Assembly (NCBI GenBank): GCA_026770705.1
Contig: JANJGN010000042.1
Location: 4,092,001-4,156,000, forward strand
Source of the DNA: Isurus oxyrinchus
Taxonomy: Eukaryota
DNA: 64,000 nt
Direction of reading: 5' to 3'
Shown: in pieces, positions 38,957-52,139 of the stretch
Numbering within the stretch: position 1 is the first letter of the stretch
Layout: each line of letters opens with the position of its first letter
Made by a program: the position numbers and the translations under genes
The notes under the pieces: generated by a model
The model's database searches: none
What the model was told of the DNA's origin: nothing
Seen by the model: only the letters and a program-made list of their open reading frames with translations

Positions 38957-39689
38957 CTGTAAGGAAGAGAAAGGCAGGATAGTTATTTAACTTAGAGCAA
39001 ATGTTACAGACTGATGGAGTGACATTTGAACAGAGTTATCCAAGGTCAGAATCTAATTACTTTACCAATGTTTGAGCTTTACGCTGGAGGGAGTGTTTCG
39101 AGTTAAACACCATCCTGTTGTAGCAGGAAACCAAATCCTGCAGCAGGTCTCATCGCCACTTCCCTAAATTATTCATGGAATTCGGAGTGAAAATCACTCA
39201 CCCCATTATTAGTCCCGCTCAATATCCCATGAACATGCTGCAAACTGCATCACAACGATATGTAAGAAGGGCTGTGATTTGTACTGAAGGAAAGTGGTTC
39301 ATTTATTTTTGAGAAGACATTTGAGTGGAACATTAAGGTTGTGTAAAGAAGTAAATACAGATTTGAATTCAGAAATTGTATTTCAAATCAGGATGTCCAA
39401 ATGTGCCTTCCTGATAATTATTGCCTTCGCCAAAAGGCACAATGAACGTTTAGACTGTATCCCAGTAACAAATAGACTCTCGAAAAGAAATAAAGAACAG
39501 GGAGGTAAATGGATCGCTAGACTGAAGAAAATAAATTAGAGATTGAATCAGAGCTGGCCAACACGAAGGAACAGCAGAGAGTGGCAGCACCCAAAATTCA
39601 GGCTGGCTAGCAGGAGAGAATTTACCAATGGATCTAATGTCTGTGTTTTGGGCCAGGAATTAAATGGGCCAGTGGTTGGGAAATGAAGT

Positions 39690-40200
39690 TGTTACATAAG
39701 AATGCAAGAACTAGGAGCAAGAGCAAGCCATATTTCTCTTTGGTCAACTCTAATGTTCATTAAACCCATGGCCGTTCTTCGAATTCTACTATCCAAAACT
39801 ATCCCCATTTATCTTAATGGCCTTAGAGCACAAAAATCTACCGACCAACAGCCCTCGAGAGTTAATAATTCCGACGTTTCTCCACTTTCTAAGTGAAGAA
39901 GATTCTCTTCATCTCAATTCCAAATGGCCAACATTTTATCTCAGGGATCGAGTTCTCGACTCCCCACCTAAGGGAAACATTCTCTCAGCATCAATGCTAT
40001 GAGGACACTAAATTATTTTGTATGACTCGATGAGATAATCACACATCCTCTAAATTTAAGAAGATGCATGTCAAATTTGATTGATTGATTGATTACTTAA
40101 GTATATTTTTCCTTAGGCAAGAAGGCCAAAACTGTACACATTAATCGTTATGTTTTCTCACCAATCACATGCATAATTCTATCAAAAGTTCCTTACTCGA
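39690..40200 (-). mobile_element. Decayed CR1 3' fragment in the gene C intron
   Basis: Resembles the minus-strand tails at 27600-28000 and 36125-36500. Confidence 0.5.
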
Positions 40201-40236
40201 ATACAGGGAAGACTGCCATTTATTATCCTATTCACT

Positions 40237-41478
40237 TGCTATATTGCTGTATCCTAACCTCATTACAGCTTTGTTTCAAACATGGAAAAAGGAGCTGAAC
40301 TCCCGGGGGGAGGTGAGAGCGGCTGCCCTTGACATCAAGGCAACATTTGGCAGAGTGTGGCATCAAGGGCCCCTAGCAAACCTGGAGTCAATGGGAATCA
40401 GGGGGGAAATCTCTGCTGTTTCGAACCATACCTAGCAGAAAGGATGATGGTTGTGTTTGTTGGGGGTCGATCATCTCAGCGCTAGGACTTCACTGCAGCA
40501 TTCCTTCAGGGTACTGTCCTCGGCCCAACCATCTTCAGCTGCTTCATCAATGACCTTCCTTCCATCACTTAGTCAGAAGTGGGATGTTCGCTACTGATTT
40601 CACAATGTTCAGCGCCATTAACGACTCCTCAGGTACTGAAGTAGCCCATGCTCAAATGCAGCAAGAGCTGGACAATTAGCAGGCTTGCGCTGACATGTGG
40701 CAAGTATCTTGTGCACCGCTCAAGTGTCAGGCAATGACCATCTCCAACAAGGGAGAACCCAACCATCGCCCTTTGTCATTCAATGGCATTAACATCACTG
40801 AATCCCCCACTATCAAATCCTGGGGTTTACTATTGACCAGAAACGGAACTGAACAAGCCATATAAATACTATGGCTACAAGAGCAGATTAGAGGCAAGGA
40901 ATAGTGCGACGTGTAACTCACCTCCTCACCGCCAAAGCCTGTCCACCATCTGCAAGGCACAAGTCAGGAGTGTAGTGGAATGCTCCTCGCTTGCTTGGAT
41001 GGGCGCAGCTCCCAGAACGCTCAAGAAGCTTGACACCATTCAGGGCAATGCATCTCGCTGGATTGGTAGCACATCCAAAAATATTTACACACTCCACCAC
41101 TGTTGCATAGTAGCACCAGTGGGTGCCATCTACAAGATGCACTGCAGGAACTCATCAAGGCTCTTTCAGCTGCACGTTCAAACCCCGACCACTACCATCT
41201 AGAAGGAGAAGGGGAGCAGACAGATGTGAACACCACCAAACGGAAGTTCCCCTTCAAGTCACTCACCATTTTGACCTGGAAATATATCGCCGTTCCTTCT
41301 CTGTCGCTGGGCCAAAATCCTGGAATTCCCTTCAGAACAGCACTCTGGGTGCGCCTACACCCCGAAGACTGTAGCAGTTCAAGAAGGCAGCTCAGCACCA
41401 CCTTCACAAAGGCAACTAGTGATGGGTAATAAATTCTGGCCCAGCCAACGAAGCCCATTTCCCATGAATGGATAATAA
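40237..41478 (+). mobile_element. Non-LTR retrotransposon (CR1/L2 superclade) RT and 3' end, in the gene C intron
   Basis: AAALDIKATFGRVWHQG, QGTVLGPTIFSCFINDLP, MFATD (degenerate YADD), ECSSLAWMGAAPRTLKKLDTIQ, tail ending gaatggataataata. Confidence 0.88.
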
Positions 41479-44217
41479 TAACACATATTGCATGTTAGCT
41501 TTCTCTAGATTGTGTACCCGAGCAGCCAAATTATGAAAATTTACAATTTTTACCAGTTTCTCGACTGTTTAAACGCTGGATGAGGATAGAATGAAACTCG
41601 TCTGTGTTATTATCTCAGGGAAACTGAAGATTCTGGTGCAATATTAACACAGGGCTTTGATGCATGTTTAAATTAATATGTCAGATAATTCATAAAATTA
41701 ATGGTCCTGGCCTCCTATTTGGTGGCGATACTTGGATAATCAGCGCTGATTGTAAATGTAATTAAAGCCGTATCTTTTTCCACCCTTGCAGCTTGTTTTT
41801 CTTGCCTCCATAGCGGGGTGGGGGAAATGAGCTGTGTACGAGGTGCGTAGATGGCGGGTGGTCAGCAGTTGGGATGGGGATGGGTGAGTAGTTAATGTGC
41901 TTTGCAGTCGGTTGGGGGTTGAATGGACGGGCGATGGCTAGTGAGAGCTGTGCAAGTGGATCGAGGGGAAGGCAATCGAGTCAGATTAGATATTCTGGGG
42001 TCAGTAGTTGGGGGTGTTGTGGGTTGTTGTGTGTGGGATGAATGTGGGAGTTCTGTAGGTGGGGGTTGGGCGTGCATGGGCTTTGCTTGAAAGTTATTCA
42101 CTGACACATGCTAGAAATTAATAGCGGGAAAATACTACGCCAAGCATCTGTCACACAACAGGCACAACAGTCCAACACTAAAGTCAGTATTGGAGTCATT
42201 GTTAGAGGGGCCTGGGCAATACAAATCTGCCCATCTGAAGTTTAAAGTTCATGGGAAATTACCATGCATGCTCCTGGATCAAGATTTCAGATCGGTCCTG
42301 ATATGCAGAGCGGCAGACATTGCAATATTCACCACTGTTGGCATCTGGAGTTCCGGTTAATGATATAGTCAGTATTAATTTCTCGGCAATGGACTCCAGA
42401 CACTAGCTGCAGATAGAGGGAAATTACACAAGAGCGAAATGGAGATCAGGTCAAAGAAGGCTGGCTTAGGGTGAATAACAATAAAGAACACATTTTAAGA
42501 ATTATCTTAAAGGATGATAAGTTTGTGGCGAGGACAAAGGATTTAGGAGGAAATTCAGAACATGAAACTCTTAATACTTCATTGTGGTCACCCATGCCAA
42601 AGGCTGCAGACATGTCGACAAAAGGGAAGAGAGGCAGCTCGACATTAGCAGAGTCACATAAGATATAATTTGTGCCTTTGCTAAGGACGGTGTAAGAGTT
42701 GTAATAAGGTAGAAAAATGGTAAGAAAGATTTAAGCATGGTGTCCCTGGAAGATGGGGCAGAAACGTGGGGGGTAGCAGCAGAAACAAGGAATTTGTAGA
42801 GGAAAGAGAGGTTAGAGATGGAGTGTTTGCTTACAAAGACTGAGGCAACAGGGGTTGCTTATTTACAAGGGCAGGGGTAATGACTACAGAATGGAGCAGC
42901 AAAGAACAGTGGCTAAGCAGATGGAACTATTAACTATATCAGCAACTGAGGAACATGATGAGGAAGTTCGGTGTTCAGCAGTTTGGTGGGAGTACGGTGA
43001 AACAGTCCGCACCAGCAGCCACCCCTCCACCCACACCCTACACCATGCCTCCCACCAACCCAATCAAACGCCTGGAAATCTCACATCTGAAACATAATGG
43101 AATGCTCACTACTCATCAGTATGGTTATCAGAGCAACACCCAATAAGCAGAATCCCCTTCAATAATTGAATAGATTTTCCATCAGTGTCCGTCCATCATT
43201 AAACTTGCTATTTCTCCACCTCCACCTCTGTGGATGAAGGAAGAATGTCTACAGAATCAACTACAACAACACACCGGGGCTACTTCGACAGGACGTACCA
43301 GCACAGCAAAATGCAGAAGGTGTGCAATGCCGTGAGATTGACCTTCTCTAACGCACCATCCTGACTTGGAACGGTAACATCTCCCTTCATCAGCGTTCCG
43401 GAATTCCCTAACAGCAGGTAGGAGCACAGTCAGCAGAGGGAATACTTCAGCTCAGCAAGAAGACTCAGCACCAACTTCTCAGCTCACTTCCGGATGGGTA
43501 ATAAATGGAAGTTTGTCACAAGCATCCATTTCCCAAGGACACATTTTGAAAAAAAAACTTTGAGAGGGGGATAATGATTTGCAGCTCTAAATAACGTCAT
43601 GCAGAGACAAGGGAAGGGAATTAGGTCTGTGGACAGAAATGGGAACGGAGCCAATTGTTGGTGAGGGGAGCAAATATTGTTGAACAATTATTACATTTTA
43701 AATTCTCTCCTAAATATCTAAATTTGGTTATTGTTAGGCAAAGCGGGAGATGGTGGAACGGAATTTGCCTGGAGCTGAATTATTATGTGAGATCTTCCCT
43801 CGTTCCTGTCTGCCCTAATTTCCGCAGATCAGTGCAAATTACTATCTGCATCGCACTGCAAAACCAATACCTGCGCAACATATTCTGCTCAGATATTGGG
43901 GTTCAGTTTAAACAGCAGACTGCAGCTGTTCAATAGCTATAATTCATCACTAATATTTATTGCATAAAATATTATACCAGCCAAATTCTGAAGAAAAAAA
44001 TCATTTGAAGCAAGTCTTGAGATATACAAACGGTCCAATGAACTGTGAACAGTGAATCAGCAACTGCTGAAATGCTACTTCACAGAAGCACAGGGCATTA
44101 CATGTCACAGGACACAAGAATTACAGAGAATAAAATTAATTAACTTACGTTAAGGGTAAGGACAACAAACATGGTGAAAGATGTTTTATAAAATAAGTTT
44201 CTAAAATAATCACTCAC

Positions 44218-44314
44218 CAGAAATGCCAACAGCAGCGAGGAGCGGATAGTAAATCCTTTGCAAATCATAAATCACCCAGACAATCCGAAGTTCAGTTGGA
44301 ATTTCAAAGAACAT
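44218..44314 (-). CDS. GPCR gene C, exon 1 (MFFEIPTELRIVWVIYDLQRIYYPLLAAVGIS)
   Basis: IYYP.LAA.GI motif as in genes A and B; donor G|gtgagt, phase 1 matches exon 2 across a 5.26 kb intron. The start codon is less certain because the frame is open further upstream without an ATG. Confidence 0.85.
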
Positions 44315-44399
44315 GATCTCATTTGCTGTGAGATCCAATGATCGCTGTTTATACTGGCGACCACACTCTGTCAAACACTGATATACACATTGAAAACAT

Positions 44400-44590
44400 T
44401 GCCTAGATATAGGCGGAGGAGAGTCCTGGTGATTCAATTAAACAATACACTGGCTGGCATTAATTACAGTCACTTAACAAACAAGATGCCTTAACCCTTT
44501 CATCCCATCACTTTGTATGGAAAAAATATACTAAAAACTACATGGCATTCCTGTCAAGATAATTTATTCAAAGCAAGCACGTGACGTCAG
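44400..44590 (-). promoter_or_regulatory. Proximal promoter of GPCR gene C
   Basis: Minus-strand TAATTA (44466-44461), TAATTG (44440-44435), TATA-like TATATC (44411-44406); overlapping CACGTG and TGACGTCA at 44578-44589. Confidence 0.5.
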
Positions 44591-44899
44591 CCACTTTTGT
44601 GATAAACAGGTTATGGAATTCTGCAGGCTTGCAGCACAGATAAGAAAAGAAAAACAGACTCAAATCCAGAGCTTTGATTATTCCGGAGATAAAATGCTGC
44701 CAAACAATTTCATGGTTTCAATTAATTTCTCAGGGGGTGAACACAAGTGCCAGAGTATGGTCAGAAGCAGTAACTGTCCAAAAGGATGCATAGTTGATCA
44801 TTGTCTAGTGATCAGAAAGGGAAATAGTAGACTGATGATTTGAAACTGCTTGGTTTAACAGTAAACGTAAAACTGATGCTATGGATCAACAATTACCAT

Positions 44900-45450
44900 G
44901 GAAATGATATGAGAGTTTAACTTTAAAGCTGACCTGGAAAATGATGCCCCGTTGTAACTAAACCCTGTAATTGAAATCCATGGAATATTAGTGTCCATGT
45001 GAATGACACTACACAATCTAAAATGACTTTGTACCTGATACCACGGACTTACAGTGACCATGCAACTAATACCTGGTCATACAGTGCTCATTTGAATTAT
45101 GCATAGGTCCATCAGTGGGCTTCCTGCAGATACTGTTGTCAAACGGTGACCATGGGATTGAAATGTGGTATCCTATTCGCCTTGTACCCGAAACTTCGCT
45201 GTAACTGATAATCGAGTACAACAGTGACGTTGTAACTGATATCCCAATCTTACATTGACCATGTACATGACATTCCAGTCTATCAGTGCTATTCTAACTG
45301 ATAATTCAGTCTAACAGTGGCTTTGTACCGGATACCCCAATTTGAACGTGAATATGTACCTGACGCCCCGGTCTAACTCTGACCTTGGAACTGGTATACC
45401 AGTTTAATAGTAAATTTGTACCTGATACTGCGGTGAAAAATTCACCTTCT
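44900..45450 (+). repeat. Degenerate ~31 bp minisatellite (approx. TGTAACTGATACCCCAGTCTAACAGTGACC)
   Basis: TGTA(A/C)CTGA recurs at about 31 bp spacing, e.g. 45200, 45231, 45262, 45324, 45355, 45417. Confidence 0.75.
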
Positions 45451-46059
45451 GTTACCCATGGCTAGTGTCATAACTCAGCTGATTTTCAATCCAATTGTTA
45501 GTTTTAGGAATTAAAGATTTAACTGTAGGCAGAGGGGATATCTGGTGGCAAAAACTGGTAAAAGCAGCCGTAAATTAAATGCAATTTAACCAACTTTGAA
45601 GTTTATTATTCGTAAAAGTTTGGAGCCATGTTGACCTAAGAGGCTCACAGCTAAAATTACAAGATCATGATAATGTGGGCGCTTTTAATTAGCTAAGGAC
45701 AAGGAGGCAGGACCTTTGAAGTTATTCCAGTAAATAAAAAGCTTGTTACGTAGTTTCCCAAGATTAAGGTAAGTTTTGGAGCTAACAGGTAGTTAAATTG
45801 CATTTCTCAGTGGTAACAGACCTTGTGTATCACTTGAGGATCGGTGAAGCTCAGTTGAGATTTTAGAACAAGGTGGAGTGAAGGAAACGTATTTGTCATC
45901 AGAATTCAGTTCAAATTCTGGGTGTTTGCTTAAAGAATTAAATCTTTTGTCATCTTCAGAGTTTTTTCAACGCTGATTTAAATGTCTGGTTTGGCCAAGC
46001 TAAGGGAGCAGAGAAGGAATGATTTATAGATACAACCCTCCATAGTCGGAGATGATCAC

Positions 46060-46993
46060 AGTAAGGGGAGCCCTGGCTGGAGGCCGCTACATCGCCAGAG
46101 ACAGCGATGTTGAAAGGTGTGGGGGTCCTCTGCCAGTCCGTGGCCTCTCAATGTTGTTACGGGCTGCCTTCTCTTGAAAGCACAGAGGAGCATTCATTAG
46201 TCCACATCCAACATGCAGCGCCATTACAGCCTGGCGAAGGCCAGCATTGGGGCGCCTTGCAGGCCACATCCATATCATGGCCGGTGATTCGCATGGCACT
46301 CAGTCAAAGCAGCCAAAGCTCAGCAACTTGGCCAGAGCCGGAGTGATTGACAGTTAGGACTCAGGTGCTGACACGCTGAACTGCATGGGGAGGGCGGCTA
46401 GTTCAAAACAATTCCACACACTGACTGATGCCAACACAGCAATCATCTTTTCCGAGTGTAGCAGGTCAATCAAACGCCTCTGGCACTGCACCCAGGTGTG
46501 CATTATGGCTGTTCACCGAGGCTGCCACTTCCTCCCAATGCTTCTTTGTGAGGTTTCGAGGTGTCCTCCTTCCATCTCTTCAGACAAGGGTGTCCCTTCC
46601 GGCAGCCACGCCCTCCATGAGGTCAGCGAGGCACACCTCAGTAAAACTGGGGGCCGAATGCCCAAACAACATGCCCTCCCGCCTGGTGTTTGCTGCCGCA
46701 CAGGAGTCTATCTTTGCAACAGCAGACAGACGTCATTCTCCAGCAGCCTTCCTGGGGCTGCCTGGGCCGTTTTCAAACTGGCGGCCGGATCGCCATTAGA
46801 CCCGGCGGCCGAGAGGCTCCCATTCCCCCTCGGCCCCTCCAACCTGTCACCAGCTGAGTTTCACGCGGGGTGGCCCTTAATTGAGCTGCCAGCGTGAAAT
46901 TGCTTTCCGGCCCTGATCGCGGGCTGGCAGTCGCGTTCCGGAAAGCTCCTGTCCACCTCTCTATGCCCACCCAATGAGGACAAAACTCCTCCC
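46060..46993 (-). mobile_element. PIF/Harbinger DNA transposon remnant with Myb/SANT-like (NAIF1-type) ORF
   Basis: Minus strand APSFTEVCLADLMEGVAAGRDTL..RDGRRTPRNLTKKHWEEVAASVNSHNAHTWVQCQRRLIDL, then a second exon-like EKAARNNIERPRTGRGPP. GC-rich terminal region beginning GGGAGGAGTTTT. Confidence 0.7.
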
Positions 46994-48704
46994 TTTGACC
47001 CAGTGGCCATTGGTAAAACCCCCATCTCTTTCATCATAAACTGCACTCTCTATAGCGTGATGGAGAATTGAGAGTTTAATTTGAGTCCATTTTACTTTGG
47101 AAATAGGTTCAGACTTCGTGACCTGCTGAGAAACCTATAAGTCCACACCTGGGCTGTGTAATTAGCCTGCCATGTGTGCAGGAGAGAATTCACCAACTGT
47201 CCAACCTGCTGAGGTTCTAGTGGCTCTATGCAGACCAAGCGATGTGGCTTAATTGGTTAATCACCATTTAGATCCAAGTTCACTCACACGTTCCACCAAT
47301 GAAGGCATAATTGCATTCAGATACAGTAAGAGCAAGAAGAGATCTACTGCCCCTCCTCAATACTGTCTCATACATACAACCACACCGGTGAGTAGCTGTT
47401 ACCCACTCCCAATGATTTCAATCTTCCATTTCACTTGGTGACTCATTGACACAGCGATACCAAAGAGTGGACCTGCAACAGTCCGGGCTGTGGCCAGGCG
47501 TTACTTTCTGCTTATGCACTAGAGTATTCACATTGTTAAGAGGTCAAATATCTCTTTGGCGTTTCTGTGGGATTTCAACCAGCAAATATCACTGCGAATG
47601 AGATATCATGCACCTGTTCCAGCTCTGAGATGGGCTGTGCATAGTTGCCCTTCACAATGAGACACGAACATGCTTGAGTAATGGGGGGAGGGCACTGGAA
47701 TATATAGATATATTTTTTCAGAATATCTCTTAGAGAGAAAAATGCCTGATCTATAATTTACATCATTATATGACTCTGGAAAAAGAGGATATAGAACGTT
47801 TTGAAAATTGACTCATGGGAATTTGAAGTCGTTCCTGTGCTGTAAGTTCACTATTGTGTCACATAGTTTGAGCTATCGAAGTCTTAGAGCAATTTCGGAC
47901 CTCAATTAGTTGCTTATCGAAAATATTACAATAGCTTCCAGAAAGAACCTGAATTGGCATCAAATTTGCAAACACAAAAATAGTTTCAAGCCCCTGGAAG
48001 AGTAACGATTGGGGTTTGGAATTAAAATTATTCTAGGATTTATCCAGTTTACTCTATTTATTTTTGAGTGACATGGGTTGAAAGATGCTGTTCAGAGTCC
48101 GGAGATTTGCAAGCATTTTTAAATTATGTAAATTGAGGATTTCCCTCACCATCCATTGCTCCTTGTTCATGCCTCTACTGGTATCTTCTATTTAACTAAC
48201 TTAGCCAGCCGTCACGCGTAGCTAATTGTGGACACAGATGTGACTGGTAACTGATCAGTCACTGGACCAAAGAGTAATAGATAATCGTTGAGCATGTGAC
48301 CTTGATATTCATCACCAAGCGATGTATAAAAGATCAACTTAACACAGTTGCGTGTTTGCCTTCTGAAATGTTAGGCATAAAAGCCTGTGTTTGGGGATCG
48401 TTATGGCCTTGGTAACTGCTTGAATGTAAACGTTTGTTAAGTGAATATGAACCTGAACTGTTTGAGGGAACAACTGCAGCGCCACCACTAGCGATACACG
48501 GTGGTGGTGGTATCACGGGTGTATGAGCAATATTTACTCCCCTCCTCCTTGCACCCTGACAGAGTTGTTGGGTTCTCCATTTTGATAGACTGTGCATTAA
48601 TAAAATAAGTCAAAATAGCAGGCAATGTTCTTGCAGTTTGTCCGCTTCTATTTCCATTTAAAACGACATAAAATATATACAGATACATACGTGTTGATTT
48701 CGAA

Positions 48705-48830
48705 ATGCATGTGGTTGTGTGGGTACGTGTGTGTTTGCGTGTGTGCAAGCGCGCCTATGTGTGTACGCGTGTGTGTTTGTTTGTGTAGCCTCTTTGACAA
48801 GTGTCTGTGCGCATGCCTGCCTGTGTTATT
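48705..48830 (+). repeat. Imperfect (GT)n microsatellite
   Basis: Direct reading. Confidence 0.75.
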
Positions 48831-50419
48831 ATAGTTCAGATCTTCAACATTTTTTTTGACCAAGAGTCTGTTTATCTCGGCCTTGATGCCAGGTCATTTT
48901 AATCTGGCTCTTTCTATGCAAGGAGGTGGTAATGTGACACATAAGTTTTCGTTTAACGTTGTGTGGTCTACGGTTAAACTATGTCATCAAATAGCAGATG
49001 ACAAGATTCAATGGAGCAGGAAGCATGATTTATGCTGCCAGAGAGTAACTGAGAGCTGTTAATTACCTTTGATCATAGATCCGTTGGTTTCTCTGACAAT
49101 AAACTAAGAAGCGGGTATCCAACGACCCCTCCAGCTTGCAGCAGTTATAATCATTCAAAGGATTTCATTACAATTGTTTAACTTCCTTAACTTCTCCTTG
49201 CGCTTTTAGAACATAAAAAAATAAACATCTTATTGATTGGAGAATGCTTACAGGCCTGATTCTTTGTTCCAAATTTCTGTGAATTTCATGCTGTACGAGT
49301 GAAATTTTAACAGAGCAGAAGTTGAAAATTCAAAAGACCTTTACAACTCCTGGATCTTCATCAAGCATCGTAAATACATGGAAAGAAAAAATCACGTTTA
49401 TATCTCTTTCTTAAGATGTTATTTAAACAGATTCTGTATTTTCCTCTAACTCTATCACTAGATTAAAGGAGTGACTATTCTTCACTAGATACGCCCTTGT
49501 CGTTAAGCAACCTGGGACACTCTGAACTATTGAAGGACTTTATATAATTTCAGAAGGTGCTGTCTCCCAGTAACTATGAATGAATAATGAGATGGAATTG
49601 TGAAATGAATGTACAGCTTCTTTCCACTAATTGTCAGTTTCTATGCCTTTTTCCCTTTCCCTTGTCTAGGACTCTCCTTCAATTTATCTCTGTCTATTTG
49701 ACTCTGTATCTATCCTTAACTCTTTTTTTTTCTCATTTGCTCGCCTTGATCTCTCTGTGTGATGAATATTCTCGCTCTCGCTCTGGTTAATTAGGCCAGG
49801 GTTGTTTCTAGATCGATTATTGCTCTGACATGGAATTCATAGCTGTGCAATGGATTAGCTCCGATTCAATACAATGAAGACTAAATCCATCCCTCACTTT
49901 TGATTCAGTACTCGGAGGAACATAGTGTTTTTTTGAGTTGCCATTTTGTATCTATAGCTCTCTGTCAGTCTTCGAATTAAACACGTACAGAGAGAAAGGG
50001 AAGAGCCAAAAATATGCAGGAGAACAATGTCTTTATATTTTTTTTCTCAGTTCAAACTGGTTAATAACAAAGACTAATCAACAGAGTTTGTGAAGCCGTC
50101 ACAAGAGATTTTGATAAGGAGTGTAACGAAGCTTTGCTGCAAATATATAAGATTTTGCTAACAACACATTTGGAGAACTGTGCTCAGTTTTGGTCCACCT
50201 AACTGGGGCTGGGTAGCTCTGCCATAGATTGGTGCAAGCAGATTCACCAGTCTCATTACAGCACGGAGCCGGAAAGGAGGGGAGGGGGGCGCTGTGGTGG
50301 CGGGGTTGGGGAGGGCGGAGTGGTGGGGGCGGGGAGGGAGGCATTCGACATACACAGTCTTTGCCAGACCTCCGGAGAGCAAACCAGTCAGATCAGCAAT
50401 TTCAGCTTCATCTTCTTCT

Positions 50420-50700
50420 TCATCATCATGAGAAACGAGTCAGCCTGAACCTATCAGGGTCAAGCTGTCTGGCTTAAATTTCAAACAATTCTTGGCAGTT
50501 AACTGTCCTTCGCCATAGGTGGTGCATTATTCAGGAAAATGCCACTTGCCAACCAATCATCATTCTCCTCACATACAGTATAAATTGTGCTCCCCCCTCC
50601 CACGTATTTTTATTCTTACGAGTTTCCTGATGAGTGCAGGGTGATAAGCTGAGACCTGTCTCTTTTTCAGAAATACTCAAGTTCTGTCCGAACAAAAACC
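50420..50700 (+). mobile_element. Penelope-derived repeat, same family as 22040-22430
   Basis: ttggcagttaactgtc...ccaatca...cctgatgagtgcagggtgataagc...ctcaagttctg. Confidence 0.55.
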
Positions 50701-50989
50701 AAAGTGTATTCTTTCTGCATTGAATAACAGTGCGCAGTGTTGATTGTTATATGAGTGTCTATGACACCAATGTTATATTGGTGTCCATCACACAACTTGC
50801 ATCTGGTAAGGAACAGCATTAATTGGAGTCAATGAAATATTAAAGATCAATTGTGTCTATTAACTAACAAATGCCATTGATGTACCTCGATATTGAGGCC
50901 GGGCTATAGATATGAATTTGGATTTTTTAAAATTTTGATTCGTTGCCTTTGTTTGTCTGCCCCACCCCTGCCAGCATCGCACCTATCGG

Positions 50990-51330
50990 CTGCTGGAAGA
51001 CATCAAACTCAGGAAACTTACATTTGCAATTTTTGTGTTGTTTATAAATCTCGGAGTCATACTCATGTGCAGCTAAACGTGGTGGTAGGATGTAACAAAT
51101 GTCTTGAATATACATCACATACTTCCGTACAGCATGGAATTCTGACACAGGATACAACTTCAACATGTCTTCTGATCGCCAGTGTGTCTCCTGGACAAGA
51201 ATAATATTCATCAAAGTGTTCCTTTTCCTGATAAATGTTCAACCAAGTAAGTATTTCATGCGATTGTAACGCTTTTATTTTGTTAACTGTATTGTTATTT
51301 TTCCTCCAATTTTTCTTCACTCCATTGGTG
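50990..51330 (-). mobile_element. L1/Tx1-type endonuclease remnant
   Basis: IILVQETH preceded by NGV..ILTWL, resembling the N-terminus of APE endonucleases. Confidence 0.4.
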
Positions 51331-51523
51331 AGGTCAGCTTCCTCGGCTTCGCTCACTGGTCAGTGAGTGTCTGTACAGTATCTACATTAGTCACAAGCTG
51401 ACCTGTCACTGTCTCAGCGGGCCGGAGAAGGGCTTCTCTATTTCCAGCAGAAATGGTAGCCTTGGCTGAACACTGCCAGAAGAAATTTACACCGATGATG
51501 GCCTGGGATCAGTTAACTGAGGG

Positions 51524-51569
51524 GTGAAATCGCTGAAGCTCCCTGTTTTTGTTGTTGTCTTCACACTCG
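51524..51569 (+). pseudogene. Probable defective leader exon of V segment 1
   Basis: 46-nt GTG-KSLKLPVFVVVFTL-G, hydrophobic and phase 1, 145 nt before the V acceptor. Begins with GTG and is followed by AAATGC instead of a GT donor. Confidence 0.5.
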
Positions 51570-51714
51570 AAATGCAGTCAACCGTTGTATTGAAGGAAAT
51601 GATTTAACGTGAGCCCGTGTGTGTGCGCGTGTGCGTGTGCATTGGAAAGCCTATTTCGTCCAAATGAAAAAAATCTAAAAGTTGCATTGATAACATTCTG
51701 TTATTGTTTTCCAG

Positions 51715-52022
51715 AATACGGCCAACAGGAGAGACTTTCCCAAACACCCTCAATTGTAGCAGTGAGTGAAGGTGATACTGCGGTGTTGTCCTGTATCTAC
51801 CCAGCGACATACACAGCTGCTTACCTATTCTGGTACGTACAGTACTCGGGAAAAGGCCTTCAGTATATGCTGCTCAGACACACGACTGGGAATGAAGAGA
51901 ATGCACCAGCTTTTGCAAAGCGCTTTTCAGCCGTACAGGATAGGAGCAACACAAACATCCCTTTGAACATCACAGACACCCAGCTCTCTGACTCAGCCCT
52001 GTATCACTGCGCGGCTATGAAG
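51715..52022 (+). CDS. T-cell receptor alpha/delta-like V gene segment (V exon open; leader appears defective)
   Basis: Acceptor ttttccag|AA. QERLSQTPSIVAVSEGDTAVLSC-IYPATYTAAY-LFWYVQYSGKGLQYML...KRFSA...LNITDTQLSDSALYHCA has the V-domain Cys, Trp and Cys; followed by an RSS. Confidence 0.88.
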
Positions 52023-52061
52023 CACCACGTTACATAAATCCTTACCACTGGTACAAAAACT
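52023..52061 (+). other. 23-bp-spacer recombination signal sequence, non-canonical heptamer
   Basis: CACCACG (52023-52029) + 23 nt + ACAAAAACT (52053-52061). Confidence 0.75.
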
Positions 52062-52139
52062 ATCAGCTCCAGTTGTTGTGAATTCTCTGAATTCCCTGCT
52101 TCAATCAGCCGTCACACTGCTGTTATTCCTTTACAGATT

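Noticed and set aside
44900-45450. Regularly spaced repeats suggesting a CRISPR array or RSS array
   Set aside because: Eukaryotic context, contiguous degenerate units with no unique spacers, no cas genes, and no heptamer-nonamer pairs.
50692-50700. Perfect RSS nonamer ACAAAAACC
   Set aside because: No CAC heptamer at 12 or 23 bp spacing; it sits at the end of a Penelope-derived repeat.
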